NCBI GenBank assembly: GCA_016938455.1
Contig: JAFGUQ010000062.1
Coordinates: 2,477 to 66,476, forward strand
Direction of reading: 5' to 3'
DNA: 64,000 nucleotides
From: Clostridia bacterium
GTDB lineage: Bacteria > Bacillota > Clostridia > DUPQ01
The stretch's first letter is position 1, and the number at the start of each line of letters is the position of its first letter. The notes under the pieces were generated by a model, which was given only the letters and a program-made list of their open reading frames with translations, made no database searches and had not been told where the DNA came from. This document shows, piece after piece, positions 48,447 to 59,219 of the stretch. Both the position numbers and the translations under genes were made by a program.

Positions 48447-49529
48447 TTATCTCTGTTCAACGATTCCTTGACTTACATGATAGAAAGTGGTTTTATCTAA
48501 AAATTGACTGTAATTTTTTTTCTCTGTACTAGTAATAAATGTCTGTCTTGTCAATATGCTTTCAGTAAGAAATTTTCTTCTGCTGAGATCAAGTTCACTC
48601 ATGACATCATCTAGCAGCAAAACCGGAAAATATCCTGTTTTTTCCTTGATAATCTCTATTTCTGATAACTTAAGTGCTAAAACTGAAGTTCTCTGCTGTC
48701 CTTGTGATCCAAAAAATTTCACATCTTTATCATTGATAAAAATTGTGAAATCATCTCTATGCGGTCCATATAATGTCATTTTATTTTTTATTTCATTTTT
48801 TATATTATTATGAATGTTTTTCTTTATTTCTTCTCTTGTAAATCCTAGAGAAGAAATATATTTAATTTCTCCAGTTTCATTGTTATTAGAAAGCTTTTTT
48901 ATAAAAATATTAAAGTGTTTTTCTGTTTCTTCTAAAAATTTTACTCTTTCTTTGATGATTTCATACGATATATCTTCAAGTTTATTGTTATAAACATCTA
49001 ACAGATCAGTCAATTCCTTATGCTGGTACTTTTTTAATACTGCATTTTTCTGTTTTATTATTCTGTTCAGTTTTTGAAGTTTATAAAAATAAGTAGAACT
49101 TGTCTGACTGATCAGAATATCAATGAATCTTCTTCTTTCTGAAGGGCCCTGTTTGATAATTTGTAAATCCTCAGGTGAAAAAATGACAGTATTCAATACA
49201 CCTATCATTTCTCCAAGCTTACTTACTAATAACCCGTTAATCTTTATCTGTCTTTTTTCACCTTTTATATACTTTATTTCCAAAGAAAAAGGAATATCAT
49301 CCTTTATCCCTTTGATTTTTATTAAATATCCGTTTTCACCTTCTTTAATCAACTGATTTTCTTTAATTGCCCGGTGAGATCTTCCGGTTGAAGCCAGATA
49401 AACAGATTCTATTAAATTGGTCTTTCCTTGAGCATTCTTACCATAGATAAGATTGATATCTTTTTGAGGATATATAAGCAAATCATGATAATTTCTGAAA
49501 TTTTTCAGCTGAATTTCCGTAATAAACAA
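48447..49529 (-). CDS. recF: DNA replication/repair protein RecF
   Basis: Walker A GKNAQGKTN, SMC-like signature and Walker B LLLDDV, 360 aa. Confidence 0.85.
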   Translation of the reverse strand: MFITEIQLKNFRNYHDLLIYPQKDINLIYGKNAQGKTNLIESVYLASTGRSHRAIKENQLIKEGENGYLIKIKGIKDDIPFSLEIKYIKGEKRQIKINGLLVSKLGEMIGVLNTVIFSPEDLQIIKQGPSERRRFIDILISQTSSTYFYKLQKLNRIIKQKNAVLKKYQHKELTDLLDVYNNKLEDISYEIIKERVKFLEETEKHFNIFIKKLSNNNETGEIKYISSLGFTREEIKKNIHNNIKNEIKNKMTLYGPHRDDFTIFINDKDVKFFGSQGQQRTSVLALKLSEIEIIKEKTGYFPVLLLDDVMSELDLSRRKFLTESILTRQTFITSTEKKNYSQFLDKTTFYHVSQGIVEQR

Positions 49530-49538
49530 ACTTTTTCC

Positions 49539-49745
49539 TCATTCAATGATGAATTTAGCATTATTTAATTCGATCACGTCGTTCTTATAGAGTTTTCTTC
49601 CTCTTCTCTTTTCTAATTCACCATTAACAAGAATATCTTCAGCTAAAATGATTTCTTTAGCATGAGAACCATTTTCTGCAATTCCCATGTATTTCAGAAA
49701 CTGATCTAATTTAATATATTCTGTTGTGATTTTCACTTTTTCCAT
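49539..49745 (-). CDS. yaaA: S4-domain RNA-binding protein YaaA
   Basis: 68 aa, S4-like, in the conserved dnaN-yaaA-recF position. Confidence 0.7.
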   Translation of the reverse strand: MEKVKITTEYIKLDQFLKYMGIAENGSHAKEIILAEDILVNGELEKRRGRKLYKNDVIELNNAKFIIE

Positions 49746-50845
49746 TAATTTGTCCTTACAGGTAATATAACATAAGAAAATTCATCGCTGTTTATAGGCG
49801 AAATCACACAAGGTCCTATGCTTCCGGAGAATGATATTTTAATTTTCTCATCTTCTATGTTTTTCAAAGCATCCATAATAAATTTCGGATTAAAAGCAAT
49901 TGAAATATCTTTTCCTTCTTTACTTATCTTGACAGTTTCTTCTACTCTTCCAATATCTGTTACTGAATATACTTTTGCATATTTATCGTCAATTTCAAAT
50001 TTTACAGGTGTTCTTTTATCTTCTGTAATAATTAAATTAGCTCTGTCTGCTGCATCAAGTAAAGCTTTTGTTTCAACCTCAATTTCTGTTTCATAGCTGT
50101 CCGGATAAATACTCTTATAATTTAAATAATCTCCCTGTAAAAGTTTGGTAATTAATTTACAGTTTCCAAAGTCAAATAAAATCTGATTTTTCCCATAATG
50201 AATACTGACTTCTTTATCATCTTCTTTTAATAATCTTGCTACTTCATTTAAAGCTTTTCCAGGTATGACAACAGTCACTCCTTCTTTAATTCCTAATATA
50301 TATTCTTTTCTGAATGACATTCTATATCCATCAATAGATACCATATAAATACAATTATCAGCTGATTCAAGTAAACATCCTGTTAAAACAGGCATTTTTT
50401 CATCAATACTTACACTGAAAACAACTTGTCTGATCATATTTCTTAAAATTTCCTGTTTTAATGTAATAGCATTATTTTCATTAACTGATGGAATTTCAGG
50501 AAAACCCTGTGGATTTAATCCAATTAAATCAATATTTGAATTACTGCATCTGATATTAACTTTATATGAATCATCACAAGAGATTTCAATATTTCCATCT
50601 GGAAACTTTCTTACTATTTCAGAAAAATATCTTGAGGTCAGAACAACAGATCCTTCTTCTTCAATAACACCGGCAACTGTATATTCAATTCCCATTTCCA
50701 TATCATTTCCACGTAAAATTATTTTATTATCTTTTGCTGTAATAAGTATTCCTTCTAAAACAGCTAAAATGGACTTATTTGATACTGCTCTCTGTGTAGA
50801 AGAAACAGCTTCGTTTAAATCTTTTTTCATGCAGAATATTTTCAT
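49745..50845 (-). CDS. dnaN: DNA polymerase III beta sliding clamp
   Basis: 366 aa, three-domain clamp pattern, immediately downstream of dnaA. Confidence 0.9.
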   Translation of the reverse strand: MKIFCMKKDLNEAVSSTQRAVSNKSILAVLEGILITAKDNKIILRGNDMEMGIEYTVAGVIEEEGSVVLTSRYFSEIVRKFPDGNIEISCDDSYKVNIRCSNSNIDLIGLNPQGFPEIPSVNENNAITLKQEILRNMIRQVVFSVSIDEKMPVLTGCLLESADNCIYMVSIDGYRMSFRKEYILGIKEGVTVVIPGKALNEVARLLKEDDKEVSIHYGKNQILFDFGNCKLITKLLQGDYLNYKSIYPDSYETEIEVETKALLDAADRANLIITEDKRTPVKFEIDDKYAKVYSVTDIGRVEETVKISKEGKDISIAFNPKFIMDALKNIEDEKIKISFSGSIGPCVISPINSDEFSYVILPVRTN

Positions 50846-51071
50846 TTTTTATTTCCCCTTTTTTTTATTTAGTATATAACTTTTAGTAGTATTAGTAGTA
50901 TAGGCTGTTAATAATGTTAACAACGTTGACAAAGCACTGATACATCGCATGTCTTGGCTGTTTACAAAATCCCTTAAAGGTTATTGATAACTTCATGAAA
51001 AAATTATATCATTCTTTTTTATAAAAAATCCACAAATAGTTATAAACTTATCAACAGTAATTTGTTAATAA
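50846..51071. other. dnaA-dnaN intergenic region, candidate oriC sub-region
   Basis: AT-rich 226 bp with DnaA-box-like 9-mers: TTATCAACA (1 mismatch from TTATCCACA) and AAATCCACA (2 mismatches). Confidence 0.4.
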
Positions 51072-52403
51072 CTATTGATTCAATAATCTTTCATTTTCTT
51101 CAATCTGCCTGAATAACTCTTTATCTCTTTTTAAATTTCCTTTGATTTTATCGCAGGCATGAATAACAGTGGTGTGATCTCTTCCGCCAAAATATCTTCC
51201 TATTTTTGGTAAAGATGTATTGGTGTGCTTACGGCTTAAATACATGGCAATCTGTCTCGGAAAAGAAACATCACGACTTCTTGATTTAGAAGTCATTTCT
51301 TTTGGAGTAATGCCAAAATACTTAGAAACAACATTGATAATGACAGGAATTGTCACTTCGCTTTCATTTTGCTTGTTTTTTATGTCTTTTAACACATTTT
51401 CAGCTAATTCCAGATCAATATCACGATTTGATAAGGAAGCATATGCAATTATTCTGGTTAATGCTCCTTGTAATATTCTGATATTTGAAACAAAATTATT
51501 GGCAATATATTCCATGACTTCATCAGGAACAACAACATTGTCATTAGATGCTTTTTTTCTTAAAATGGCAATTCTTGTTTCATAATCAGGTGACTCTATA
51601 TCAGCAATCAACCCCTGTTCAAATCTGGTTTTCAATCGGTCTTCGAGTGTTTCAATTTTACTTGGCGGATTATCAGATGAGATAATAATCTGTTTATTAC
51701 TCTCATATAAAGTGTTGAAAGTATGGAAAAACTCCTCTTGTGTCTGTTTTTTTCCAGCAATAAATTGAATATCATCAATTAAAAGTACATCAATCGTTCT
51801 ATATTTTTCTCTGAATGCTTCAAGACTTCTGTTAGTGATGGCATTAATCAGGTCATTTGTAAATTTTTCACTCTGTACATACATTACTTTCACATTTTTA
51901 TTGTGTTTTAGAATGTGATGACCGATCGCATGCATCAGATGTGTTTTTCCAAGACCGCTGCTTCCATATAAAAACAAAGGATTATAGGCTGCTGCCGGAG
52001 CTTCTGCTACTGCGACAGCTGCTGCGTGAGCAAACCGATTACTGCTACCAATGACAAATTTACTGAAGGTATACTCAGGATTTAAAGAAGAATAAGAAGA
52101 AATCTGTTTATTAACATTTGCATAGTCAATTTTTTCCTCATGCTCGATGTTCTGATTAGGCAATAAAAAAACAATATTAAAATTATTTCCGGTTAATTGT
52201 AATATTGCATTTTTAATTAAATCAAGATATCTGCTCTCTAATACCCCTTTTGTAAACTCAACTTCAACTTCCAATGTTATTGTCTGTTCATCAATATTTA
52301 ATGGTTTTATAGGCTTTAACCAGGTATTAAACCCGATTTCGGTCATTTCAGATTTCAGCAATTCAAGAACATTACTCCAAAGTTCTTCCAGACTTAAAAA
52401 CAT
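51072..52403 (-). CDS. dnaA: Chromosomal replication initiator DnaA
   Basis: AAA+ Walker A GSSGLGKTHL, sensor motifs, C-terminal DNA-binding domain. G7 Shine-Dalgarno tract upstream. Confidence 0.95.
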   Translation of the reverse strand: MFLSLEELWSNVLELLKSEMTEIGFNTWLKPIKPLNIDEQTITLEVEVEFTKGVLESRYLDLIKNAILQLTGNNFNIVFLLPNQNIEHEEKIDYANVNKQISSYSSLNPEYTFSKFVIGSSNRFAHAAAVAVAEAPAAAYNPLFLYGSSGLGKTHLMHAIGHHILKHNKNVKVMYVQSEKFTNDLINAITNRSLEAFREKYRTIDVLLIDDIQFIAGKKQTQEEFFHTFNTLYESNKQIIISSDNPPSKIETLEDRLKTRFEQGLIADIESPDYETRIAILRKKASNDNVVVPDEVMEYIANNFVSNIRILQGALTRIIAYASLSNRDIDLELAENVLKDIKNKQNESEVTIPVIINVVSKYFGITPKEMTSKSRSRDVSFPRQIAMYLSRKHTNTSLPKIGRYFGGRDHTTVIHACDKIKGNLKRDKELFRQIEENERLLNQ

Positions 52404-52733
52404 TTATTATTCCCCCCCGTTTAGCAAAAAAAGATAAAAACATGTTAATAAACATTTAACTAATGTTTTTATCTTTTGTGAGCTGTTGAAAAGTGTAAGT
52501 TATCAACAGGTAAGTAATAATATATCAGAAAAAAAACTTGAATTCAAGGTATAATTTAATTAATTTTTAAATCTGTGGAAAACATATTTAATGCTTGTTG
52601 TTTTCCTTGACAATGCTTATTATATTATGTATAATATCACTTGCTTTATAAATAGAATAGAAGCAGATTATAGTAAGAAGAATAATACTGCATTGATATA
52701 AAACAATATTACAAAGATAGGAGTTGCACTTTA
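52404..52733. other. rpmH-dnaA intergenic region, candidate oriC / DNA-unwinding element
   Basis: 330 bp, very AT-rich. DnaA-box-like TTATCAACA and TGTGGAAAA (1 mismatch each, opposite orientations). Also holds the rpmH promoter. Confidence 0.45.
52607..52635 (+). promoter_or_regulatory. rpmH promoter (TTGACA-17-TATAAT)
   Basis: Perfect -35 and -10 hexamers with a 17-bp spacer, about 100 bp upstream of rpmH. Confidence 0.5.
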
Positions 52734-52868
52734 ATGAAAAGAACGTACCAACCTAAAAAAAGACAGAGAAGCAGAGAGCACGGCTTTAGAAAAAGAATGA
52801 AAACTGCTAGCGGCAGAAGGATTCTTAGCAGCAGAAGACAGAAAGGCAGAAAAAAACTTACAGCATAA
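52734..52868 (+). CDS. rpmH: 50S ribosomal protein L34
   Basis: Below the ORF-track size cut-off; found by manual reading. 44 aa [44 protein letters not shown]. Confidence 0.9.
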   Translation: MKRTYQPKKRQRSREHGFRKRMKTASGRRILSSRRQKGRKKLTA

Positions 52869-52907
52869 AGGTCGCAGATTGTGATCTTTTTTAAGCTTTA
52901 AGTTTTA

Positions 52908-53258
52908 TTGGTAAATATGCAGGCAGAATCTTTAAGAAAAAATTATGAATTTGCCAGAATATATAGACGTGGAAAATGCAAATTTGGAAAATATCTTAGT
53001 TTATATAGTATAGAAGGTTCAGCTAACAAAATTGGGATTACTGTCAGCAAAAAAGCATATAAAAGTAGTGTAAAAAGAAACAGACTAAAAAGATTGGTTA
53101 AAGAATGTTACAGAACATTCGAAAAAGATATAAAAACGGCTGAAATTGTATTTGTTATTCGTAAAACAGAAGAATTCCCGGAATATAATGATATCTGTCG
53201 AGAAATGAAGTATCTTCTAAACAACTCAAATCTTTTTATTGGTGAAACACATGATTAA
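52908..53258 (+). CDS. rnpA: Ribonuclease P protein component
   Basis: Basic ~115 aa protein with [15 protein letters not shown], directly after rpmH. Confidence 0.85.
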   Translation: MVNMQAESLRKNYEFARIYRRGKCKFGKYLSLYSIEGSANKIGITVSKKAYKSSVKRNRLKRLVKECYRTFEKDIKTAEIVFVIRKTEEFPEYNDICREMKYLLNNSNLFIGETHD

Positions 53259-53463
53259 GAAGTTTTTCATATTTCTGATTAACATATATAGAAAAGGAAT
53301 ATCTCCTCATACACTTCCGTCGTGCCGATATACACCTACCTGTTCTGAATATGCTATTATTGCTATTGAAAGACATGGAGCCTTTAAAGGGTTTTTTATG
53401 GCAGTCTGGAGAGTTTTACGATGTAATCCATTTAGCAAAGGTGGATACGACCCCGTAAAATAG
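53239..53463 (+). CDS. yidD: Membrane protein insertion efficiency factor YidD
   Basis: 74 aa. Motif [20 protein letters not shown]. Confidence 0.85.
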   Translation: MVKHMIKKFFIFLINIYRKGISPHTLPSCRYTPTCSEYAIIAIERHGAFKGFFMAVWRVLRCNPFSKGGYDPVK

Positions 53464-53485
53464 TCAAAAATAAAAGGAGAAAGAA

Positions 53486-54466
53486 ATGGATTTTCTATAT
53501 ACCGCATTCGGGCAGTTTTTATATTTCATTTATAAGACAATGGCCTTTCAGAATTATGGAGTGGCAATTATTATTTTCACTGTCATAATAAAACTGGTAT
53601 TACTGCCATTAACAATTAAATCATTAAAATCAACCAATAAAATGAGCTCTTTAGCTCCTGAAGTTGAAAAAATCAAACAGAAATACAAAAACGATCAGGA
53701 AAAGCAGAATCAGGAAATACAGAAACTATATAAAGAAAATAATGTCAGTTGCGCAGGCGGATGTCTTCCTATGTTATTGCAGTTTCCAATACTGATTGGA
53801 TTATATACAGTACTAAGAAGTCCATTATCCTATATGTTAGGTAAAAGCTGGGTGCAGATTGCAAATATTGCAAACAAACTGCTTGTTGATCTTGGAATTG
53901 ATAAAGCACTTGATATTCCAACAATCACTGCAGGAACTTTAAATTCAGTAAAAGTAGTTAACCAGTTGAATATCATGAATTTATTGAATCATAGTCCAGA
54001 AAAACTGGCTTCTGTTTCTGAATATATTTCATCAAGTGAATTAATCAATCTGAACTTTCTTGGATTAAACTTAGGAATAACACCATCATATATACCATCT
54101 GTTATCTTTGGACCTGAGATGAGCACATACTTACCGGTTCTGATTTTACCGATCATTGCCGTGGGATTAACTGTTTATTCTACTATATTGACAAAAAGAA
54201 AAACCGCTCAGACACAACCTGTGAAAAAGGATCCTAATAAAAAAGATCCTACAGCCGGAATGAACAGCATGATGCTGTATATGCTTCCGTTAATGACATT
54301 GTATTTTTCCTTTATTATGCCAGCAAGCATGAGCTTATATTGGATCATCACCTATGCATTCCAGATTGGACAGCAGCTTCTGACAAATAAAATGCAGGAT
54401 AAGGAAAAAGCAGATAAAGATAAAAAACTTGAAATTGAAACAACTAAAGAGGGAGATAAAAAATAA
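53486..54466 (+). CDS. yidC: Membrane protein insertase YidC/Oxa1 family
   Basis: 326 aa, five-TM 60-kDa inner-membrane-protein core with Lys-rich C-tail. No lipoprotein signal. Confidence 0.85.
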   Translation: MDFLYTAFGQFLYFIYKTMAFQNYGVAIIIFTVIIKLVLLPLTIKSLKSTNKMSSLAPEVEKIKQKYKNDQEKQNQEIQKLYKENNVSCAGGCLPMLLQFPILIGLYTVLRSPLSYMLGKSWVQIANIANKLLVDLGIDKALDIPTITAGTLNSVKVVNQLNIMNLLNHSPEKLASVSEYISSSELINLNFLGLNLGITPSYIPSVIFGPEMSTYLPVLILPIIAVGLTVYSTILTKRKTAQTQPVKKDPNKKDPTAGMNSMMLYMLPLMTLYFSFIMPASMSLYWIITYAFQIGQQLLTNKMQDKEKADKDKKLEIETTKEGDKK

Positions 54467-55095
54467 TGGGTAATGTAGTAATTGAACAAAGCGGCAAAAC
54501 CGTAGAAGAAGCCATCAGTTTGGCGTTAGAACAATTAGATGTTACTGAAGAGCAAGTAGAAATTGAGATATTACAAGAAAGCAGCAGTAAAGGGTTACTT
54601 GGAATCAAAAAAGAAAAAGACGCTATTATAAGAGTTACTTTACATGATTATTCAGCAGAAATAGCCAATGACTTCTTAAGTGAGTTAATGGGTAAAATGG
54701 GAATGGAAGCAACAATTAATGTTGAAGACAGCGATGAGAAGCTTTTAGTAGATATCAAGACAAATAAAAGCGGTGTTATTATCGGAAGACATGGTGAAAC
54801 ACTTGATGCTATTCAGTTCATCACAAGCATTGTTGTGAACAGAAACAACCCTGTATATAAAAAAGTGATCATTGATACAGAAGGATACAGAGTGAAAAGA
54901 GAAGAAACTCTGGTGGTCCTAGCGAATAGACTGGCAAAAAAAGCGATAGACAGTAAGAAAAGTGTCTCTTTAGAACCGATGAATCCCTATGAAAGACGAA
55001 TCATACACTCTACACTTCAGCAGAATGACAAAATTGAAACATACAGCGTTGGTGAAGAACCTCACAGAAAAGTAGTCATTAAGAGCATCGGATAA
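54466..55095 (+). CDS. jag: Jag/KhpB RNA-binding protein (KH + R3H)
   Basis: 209 aa. Jag_N, KH and C-terminal R3H (ERRIIHSTLQ) motifs; overlaps the yidC stop. Confidence 0.8.
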   Translation: MGNVVIEQSGKTVEEAISLALEQLDVTEEQVEIEILQESSSKGLLGIKKEKDAIIRVTLHDYSAEIANDFLSELMGKMGMEATINVEDSDEKLLVDIKTNKSGVIIGRHGETLDAIQFITSIVVNRNNPVYKKVIIDTEGYRVKREETLVVLANRLAKKAIDSKKSVSLEPMNPYERRIIHSTLQQNDKIETYSVGEEPHRKVVIKSIG

Positions 55096-55161
55096 ACCAA
55101 AACAGTTAAAAATGAGGGATGAATCATGTATAATGATATCATCCCTTTTTAATAGGAGAAG

Positions 55162-56511
55162 ATGATGATTAAATCAAATACCATTGCTGCAGTATCTACT
55201 CCTCCGGGAAGAGGAGGAATAGCTGTTATCAGAATAAGTGGAGCTAAGGCTTTTCATATAGCCAGAGAAGTTTTTACATGCAGTCAGAATTTTGATGAGA
55301 TCATTTCACATCAGATGACCTATGGAAAGATTATTGATGAGAACAATAAATTGATAGACCAGGTACTGCTTTTGAAAATGAAATCACCCAGAACATATAC
55401 AAGAGAAGATATCATTGAAATACATTGCCATGGTGGTAGCGAAGTCACTAAGAAAATTTTGAACCTACTTTTTAAAAAAGGTGCAGCTCCTGCAGAACCA
55501 GGTGAATTTACTAAAAGAGCTTTTTTAAATGGAAGAATTGATCTTTCACAGGCTGAAGCCGTTATGGATCTGATTAATTCAGAAACATCTAAAAGTGAAC
55601 AGGCAGCAATATTGCAGCTTGAAGGAAAAGCTGGAAAAGAAATTAAAAAAATAAGAAAAGAAATTGTTGATTTGCTATCTCATATCAGTGTGACCATTGA
55701 TTATCCTGAATACGAAGACGATGCCATCAACATCAGAGAAACAAAAATAAAAACAAAAGCGATAATGAAAGAACTGGAAAAACTGACAGAAAACTTTGAA
55801 ACAGGTCTCATTTTAAGAGAAGGACTGAATATTGTTATCTATGGCCCTCCAAATGCCGGAAAATCAACATTAATCAATAAACTTGCAGGAGAAGAAAAAG
55901 CAATTGTAACCCATATTCCAGGAACCACCAGAGATATCATTGAAGTTCATCTGAATATGAAAGGATATCCTGTCAATTTATATGATACTGCAGGAATCAG
56001 AAATACAGATGACCTTATTGAAAACATTGGAATAGAAAAAACAAAAAATGCTATTAAAAATGCAAGCTTATCAATACTTGTTATTGATGCTGCAGAAAAA
56101 GATACTGATGAAATAAGAACTTTGATAAATCAAGCTTCAGTGATTGTCATTAACAAAACAGATTTAGATAGCGGAAATAAATTTAATGAGGTTCTAGGAG
56201 AAAAAGATGTCATCAGAACAAGTCTGATTAACAGCATTGGAGTAGAGGAAATTGAAAAATATATTATTGATTACCTGGAAAAAGGAAAAGTTGAAATAAC
56301 AGAAATAACATTGACCAATCAACGACATAAAAGACATGTAGATTTGGCATTGGAAGCTTTACAAAAAGTGATTGAAGAAAACGAGCAGTTTTTAGATCTG
56401 TTTGCAGTTGATTTAACTGAAGCTTTGGAACAATTGAGTTGCATAACAGGAGAAAGTGCAGGAGAAGATATTATTGAAAATATATTTAAAAACTTCTGTG
56501 TAGGTAAATAA
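55162..56511 (+). CDS. mnmE: tRNA modification GTPase MnmE
   Basis: G-domain [18 protein letters not shown]-terminal CxGK (CVGK). Confidence 0.9.
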   Translation: MMIKSNTIAAVSTPPGRGGIAVIRISGAKAFHIAREVFTCSQNFDEIISHQMTYGKIIDENNKLIDQVLLLKMKSPRTYTREDIIEIHCHGGSEVTKKILNLLFKKGAAPAEPGEFTKRAFLNGRIDLSQAEAVMDLINSETSKSEQAAILQLEGKAGKEIKKIRKEIVDLLSHISVTIDYPEYEDDAINIRETKIKTKAIMKELEKLTENFETGLILREGLNIVIYGPPNAGKSTLINKLAGEEKAIVTHIPGTTRDIIEVHLNMKGYPVNLYDTAGIRNTDDLIENIGIEKTKNAIKNASLSILVIDAAEKDTDEIRTLINQASVIVINKTDLDSGNKFNEVLGEKDVIRTSLINSIGVEEIEKYIIDYLEKGKVEITEITLTNQRHKRHVDLALEALQKVIEENEQFLDLFAVDLTEALEQLSCITGESAGEDIIENIFKNFCVGK

Positions 56512-56512
56512 G

Positions 56513-58390
56513 ATGGAGTATGTGGCAGGAAAATATGATGCAATTGTCATTGGAGCTGGACATGCAGGGTGTGAAGCAGCTCTCTCTTTGGCACGACTGC
56601 AGAAAAAAACAATTCTTTTTACTTTAAATAATGACTTTATTGCAAACATGCCCTGTAACCCGAGTATTGGGGGAACTGCAAAAGGACATCTGGTGAGAGA
56701 AATAGATGCTTTAGGCGGACAAATGGGAAAATCTGCAGATCAGACGCTTATTCAATCTAAAATGCTGAATTTAGCGAAGGGTCCTGCGGTTTACTCATTA
56801 CGTGCGCAGATAGACAGAAGAAAATATCAGCAGGAATTGAAGCATATTTTAGAAAAACAGGAAAATCTGGAAGTCAGACAGGCAGAAGTGACTGATATTT
56901 TGTTTGAAAACAATAAAGTTTGCGGTGTAAAAACCAATACAAATGCGATATATGAATGTAAGTGTGCAATTATATGTACCGGAACATACTTAAAAGGGCG
57001 TATCATTATTGGAGAAATCAGCTATGAAGGAGGACCGGATGGCTTGTTCCCTGCCAACAGATTGTCTGAATCTCTTAAATCAATAGGTGTAGAGATTATG
57101 CGTTTTAAAACAGGTACTCCATCCAGAGTCAATAAAAGAAGTCTTGATTTTTCTAAAATGGAAGAGCAAAAAGGAGATACCCCTATTGTACCTTTTTCGT
57201 TTGAAACTGAAAAAATCGATATAAATCAGATTTCTTGTTATTTAACATATACAAACGAAAAAACACATCAGATCATTAATGAAAATCTTCACAGATCTCC
57301 TTTGTTCAGTGGAGATATTAAAGGAACCGGACCAAGATACTGTCCCTCAATTGAAGACAAAGTCGTCCGTTTTAAAGATAAAGAAAGACATCAGCTGTTT
57401 ATTGAACCGATGGGATTGGATACAGAAGAAATGTATGTTCAAGGAATGTCGAGTTCTCTTCCTGAAGAAGTGCAGGACAAAATGCTGAAATCAGTCAAAG
57501 GTCTTGAAAATGTCAGTGTCATGAGATCAGCTTATGCTATTGAATATGATTGTTTTGATCCTCTGCAATTGAAAAAGACACTTGAATTCAAAAACTTTGA
57601 AGGATTATATAGTGCAGGTCAAAGCAATGGCAGTTCAGGATATGAGGAAGCAGCTGCACAAGGGTTAATGGCAGGCATTAATGCCAGTTTGAAGCTTGAC
57701 CATAAAGAACCCTTAATACTTGATCGGTCAGAAGCATATATCGGCGTATTGATTGATGATCTTGTTACAAAAGGAACTAATGAACCCTATCGAATGATGA
57801 CATCAAGAAGTGAATATCGCTTATTGCTGAGACAAGATAATGCAGACATGAGATTAACTGAATATGGTTATCAGCTTGGACTAATATCACAAGAGAGATA
57901 TGACAGATTTAATGAAAAAATGAGAAATATAGAAGAACAGCTTATAAGATTAAAGAAAACAGTGGTTTCACCTAAAAAAGCGAATCAGTTTCTTGCAAAA
58001 TACGGCTCTACTGAAGTCATCAGTGGGATTACGCTTGATGCGCTTTTGAAAAGACCTGAAATTACTTATCAGAGTTTAAAGGAAATAGATGAAGACCATG
58101 TGGCACTTGATTTATTTACAGAAGAAGAAATAGAGATTTCAAGCAAGTATGAAGGATATATGGAAAGACAGAAAAAACAGGTAAAACAATATAAAAAACT
58201 TGAGAATTATCTTCTTCCTGAAGAAACAGATTATTCAGCCTTACAGGGAATCAGTATGGAAGCGAGGCAGAAACTTCAGAAGATTCGTCCGGTTTCATTG
58301 GGACAGGCTTCAAGAATTTCCGGAGTTTCCCCTGCTGATATCAATGTGCTGCTGATTCACTTAGATCAGAAGAAAAGAGAAAACAGATGA
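56513..58390 (+). CDS. mnmG: tRNA uridine 5-carboxymethylaminomethyl modification enzyme MnmG
   Basis: 625 aa. FAD fold [16 protein letters not shown], characteristic length. Confidence 0.95.
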   Translation: MEYVAGKYDAIVIGAGHAGCEAALSLARLQKKTILFTLNNDFIANMPCNPSIGGTAKGHLVREIDALGGQMGKSADQTLIQSKMLNLAKGPAVYSLRAQIDRRKYQQELKHILEKQENLEVRQAEVTDILFENNKVCGVKTNTNAIYECKCAIICTGTYLKGRIIIGEISYEGGPDGLFPANRLSESLKSIGVEIMRFKTGTPSRVNKRSLDFSKMEEQKGDTPIVPFSFETEKIDINQISCYLTYTNEKTHQIINENLHRSPLFSGDIKGTGPRYCPSIEDKVVRFKDKERHQLFIEPMGLDTEEMYVQGMSSSLPEEVQDKMLKSVKGLENVSVMRSAYAIEYDCFDPLQLKKTLEFKNFEGLYSAGQSNGSSGYEEAAAQGLMAGINASLKLDHKEPLILDRSEAYIGVLIDDLVTKGTNEPYRMMTSRSEYRLLLRQDNADMRLTEYGYQLGLISQERYDRFNEKMRNIEEQLIRLKKTVVSPKKANQFLAKYGSTEVISGITLDALLKRPEITYQSLKEIDEDHVALDLFTEEEIEISSKYEGYMERQKKQVKQYKKLENYLLPEETDYSALQGISMEARQKLQKIRPVSLGQASRISGVSPADINVLLIHLDQKKRENR

Positions 58391-59079
58391 AGGATATTTT
58401 ACAAAAAGGATTTTCAGAGCTTAGCATTCCCTATTCAGAAGAAACATATATAAAACTTAAACAGTTTACAGCGTTATTATTAAACTATAACGAAAAAATA
58501 AACCTTACTTCAATTATTAAGGAAGAAGATATTGCCATAAAACACTATTTAGACAGTCTAACACTTTTCCCTTTTCTAGACAGACAAAAAAGTTTGATTG
58601 ATGTAGGTACAGGCGCGGGATTTCCTGGAATTATCCTGAAAATTGTTGGGTATGAAGGAAAAATCACACTGCTTGATTCACTAAGGAAAAGAATAAATTT
58701 TCTTGATGAAGTAATTACTTACTTTAAATTGACGCAGATTGAAACATTACATTCGAGAGCTGAAGACGGAGGAAGAGACAAAAATTATCGGGAAAAATAC
58801 CATTATGCAACGGCAAGAGCGGTTGCACCTCTTAGTATTCTATGTGAATATTGCCTCCCTTTTGTGGAAAAAGGTGGTCAGTTTATTGCTATGAAAGCAA
58901 ATATTGAAGAAGATGCCAGCACTTCCATCCGAAAACTGGGCGGAAGACTAAAAGAAAGCAGAAAAATAGTACTTCCTTTCAGTGATTATGACAGAACATT
59001 ACTATTTATTGATAAAACTGAAAAAACACCTGATATCTATCCAAGAAAAGCAGGAACTCCTGAAAAGAGACCGTTATAA
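58387..59079 (+). CDS. rsmG: 16S rRNA (guanine527-N7)-methyltransferase RsmG
   Basis: SAM motif VGTGAGFPG, overlaps the mnmG stop. Confidence 0.9.
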   Translation: MKDILQKGFSELSIPYSEETYIKLKQFTALLLNYNEKINLTSIIKEEDIAIKHYLDSLTLFPFLDRQKSLIDVGTGAGFPGIILKIVGYEGKITLLDSLRKRINFLDEVITYFKLTQIETLHSRAEDGGRDKNYREKYHYATARAVAPLSILCEYCLPFVEKGGQFIAMKANIEEDASTSIRKLGGRLKESRKIVLPFSDYDRTLLFIDKTEKTPDIYPRKAGTPEKRPL

Positions 59080-59219
59080 ATGCAATATTACTATATATCA
59101 CTTGAAAATTCTTTTAAAAACTCCTAACAGAGGTCGGACTTTATCAAAGCAGTTTTTATATCGTTTATCGAAATTAAAGGTAGATGATTAACTGATAAAA
59201 GAGAAAGGAAATCGAATAG

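Noticed and set aside
52412-52418. C7/G7 homopolymer next to the dnaA start as a phase-variable tract
   Set aside because: It sits 8 nt upstream of the dnaA ATG on the coding strand as GGGGGGG, which is a Shine-Dalgarno sequence, not a slip-strand switch in a coding region.
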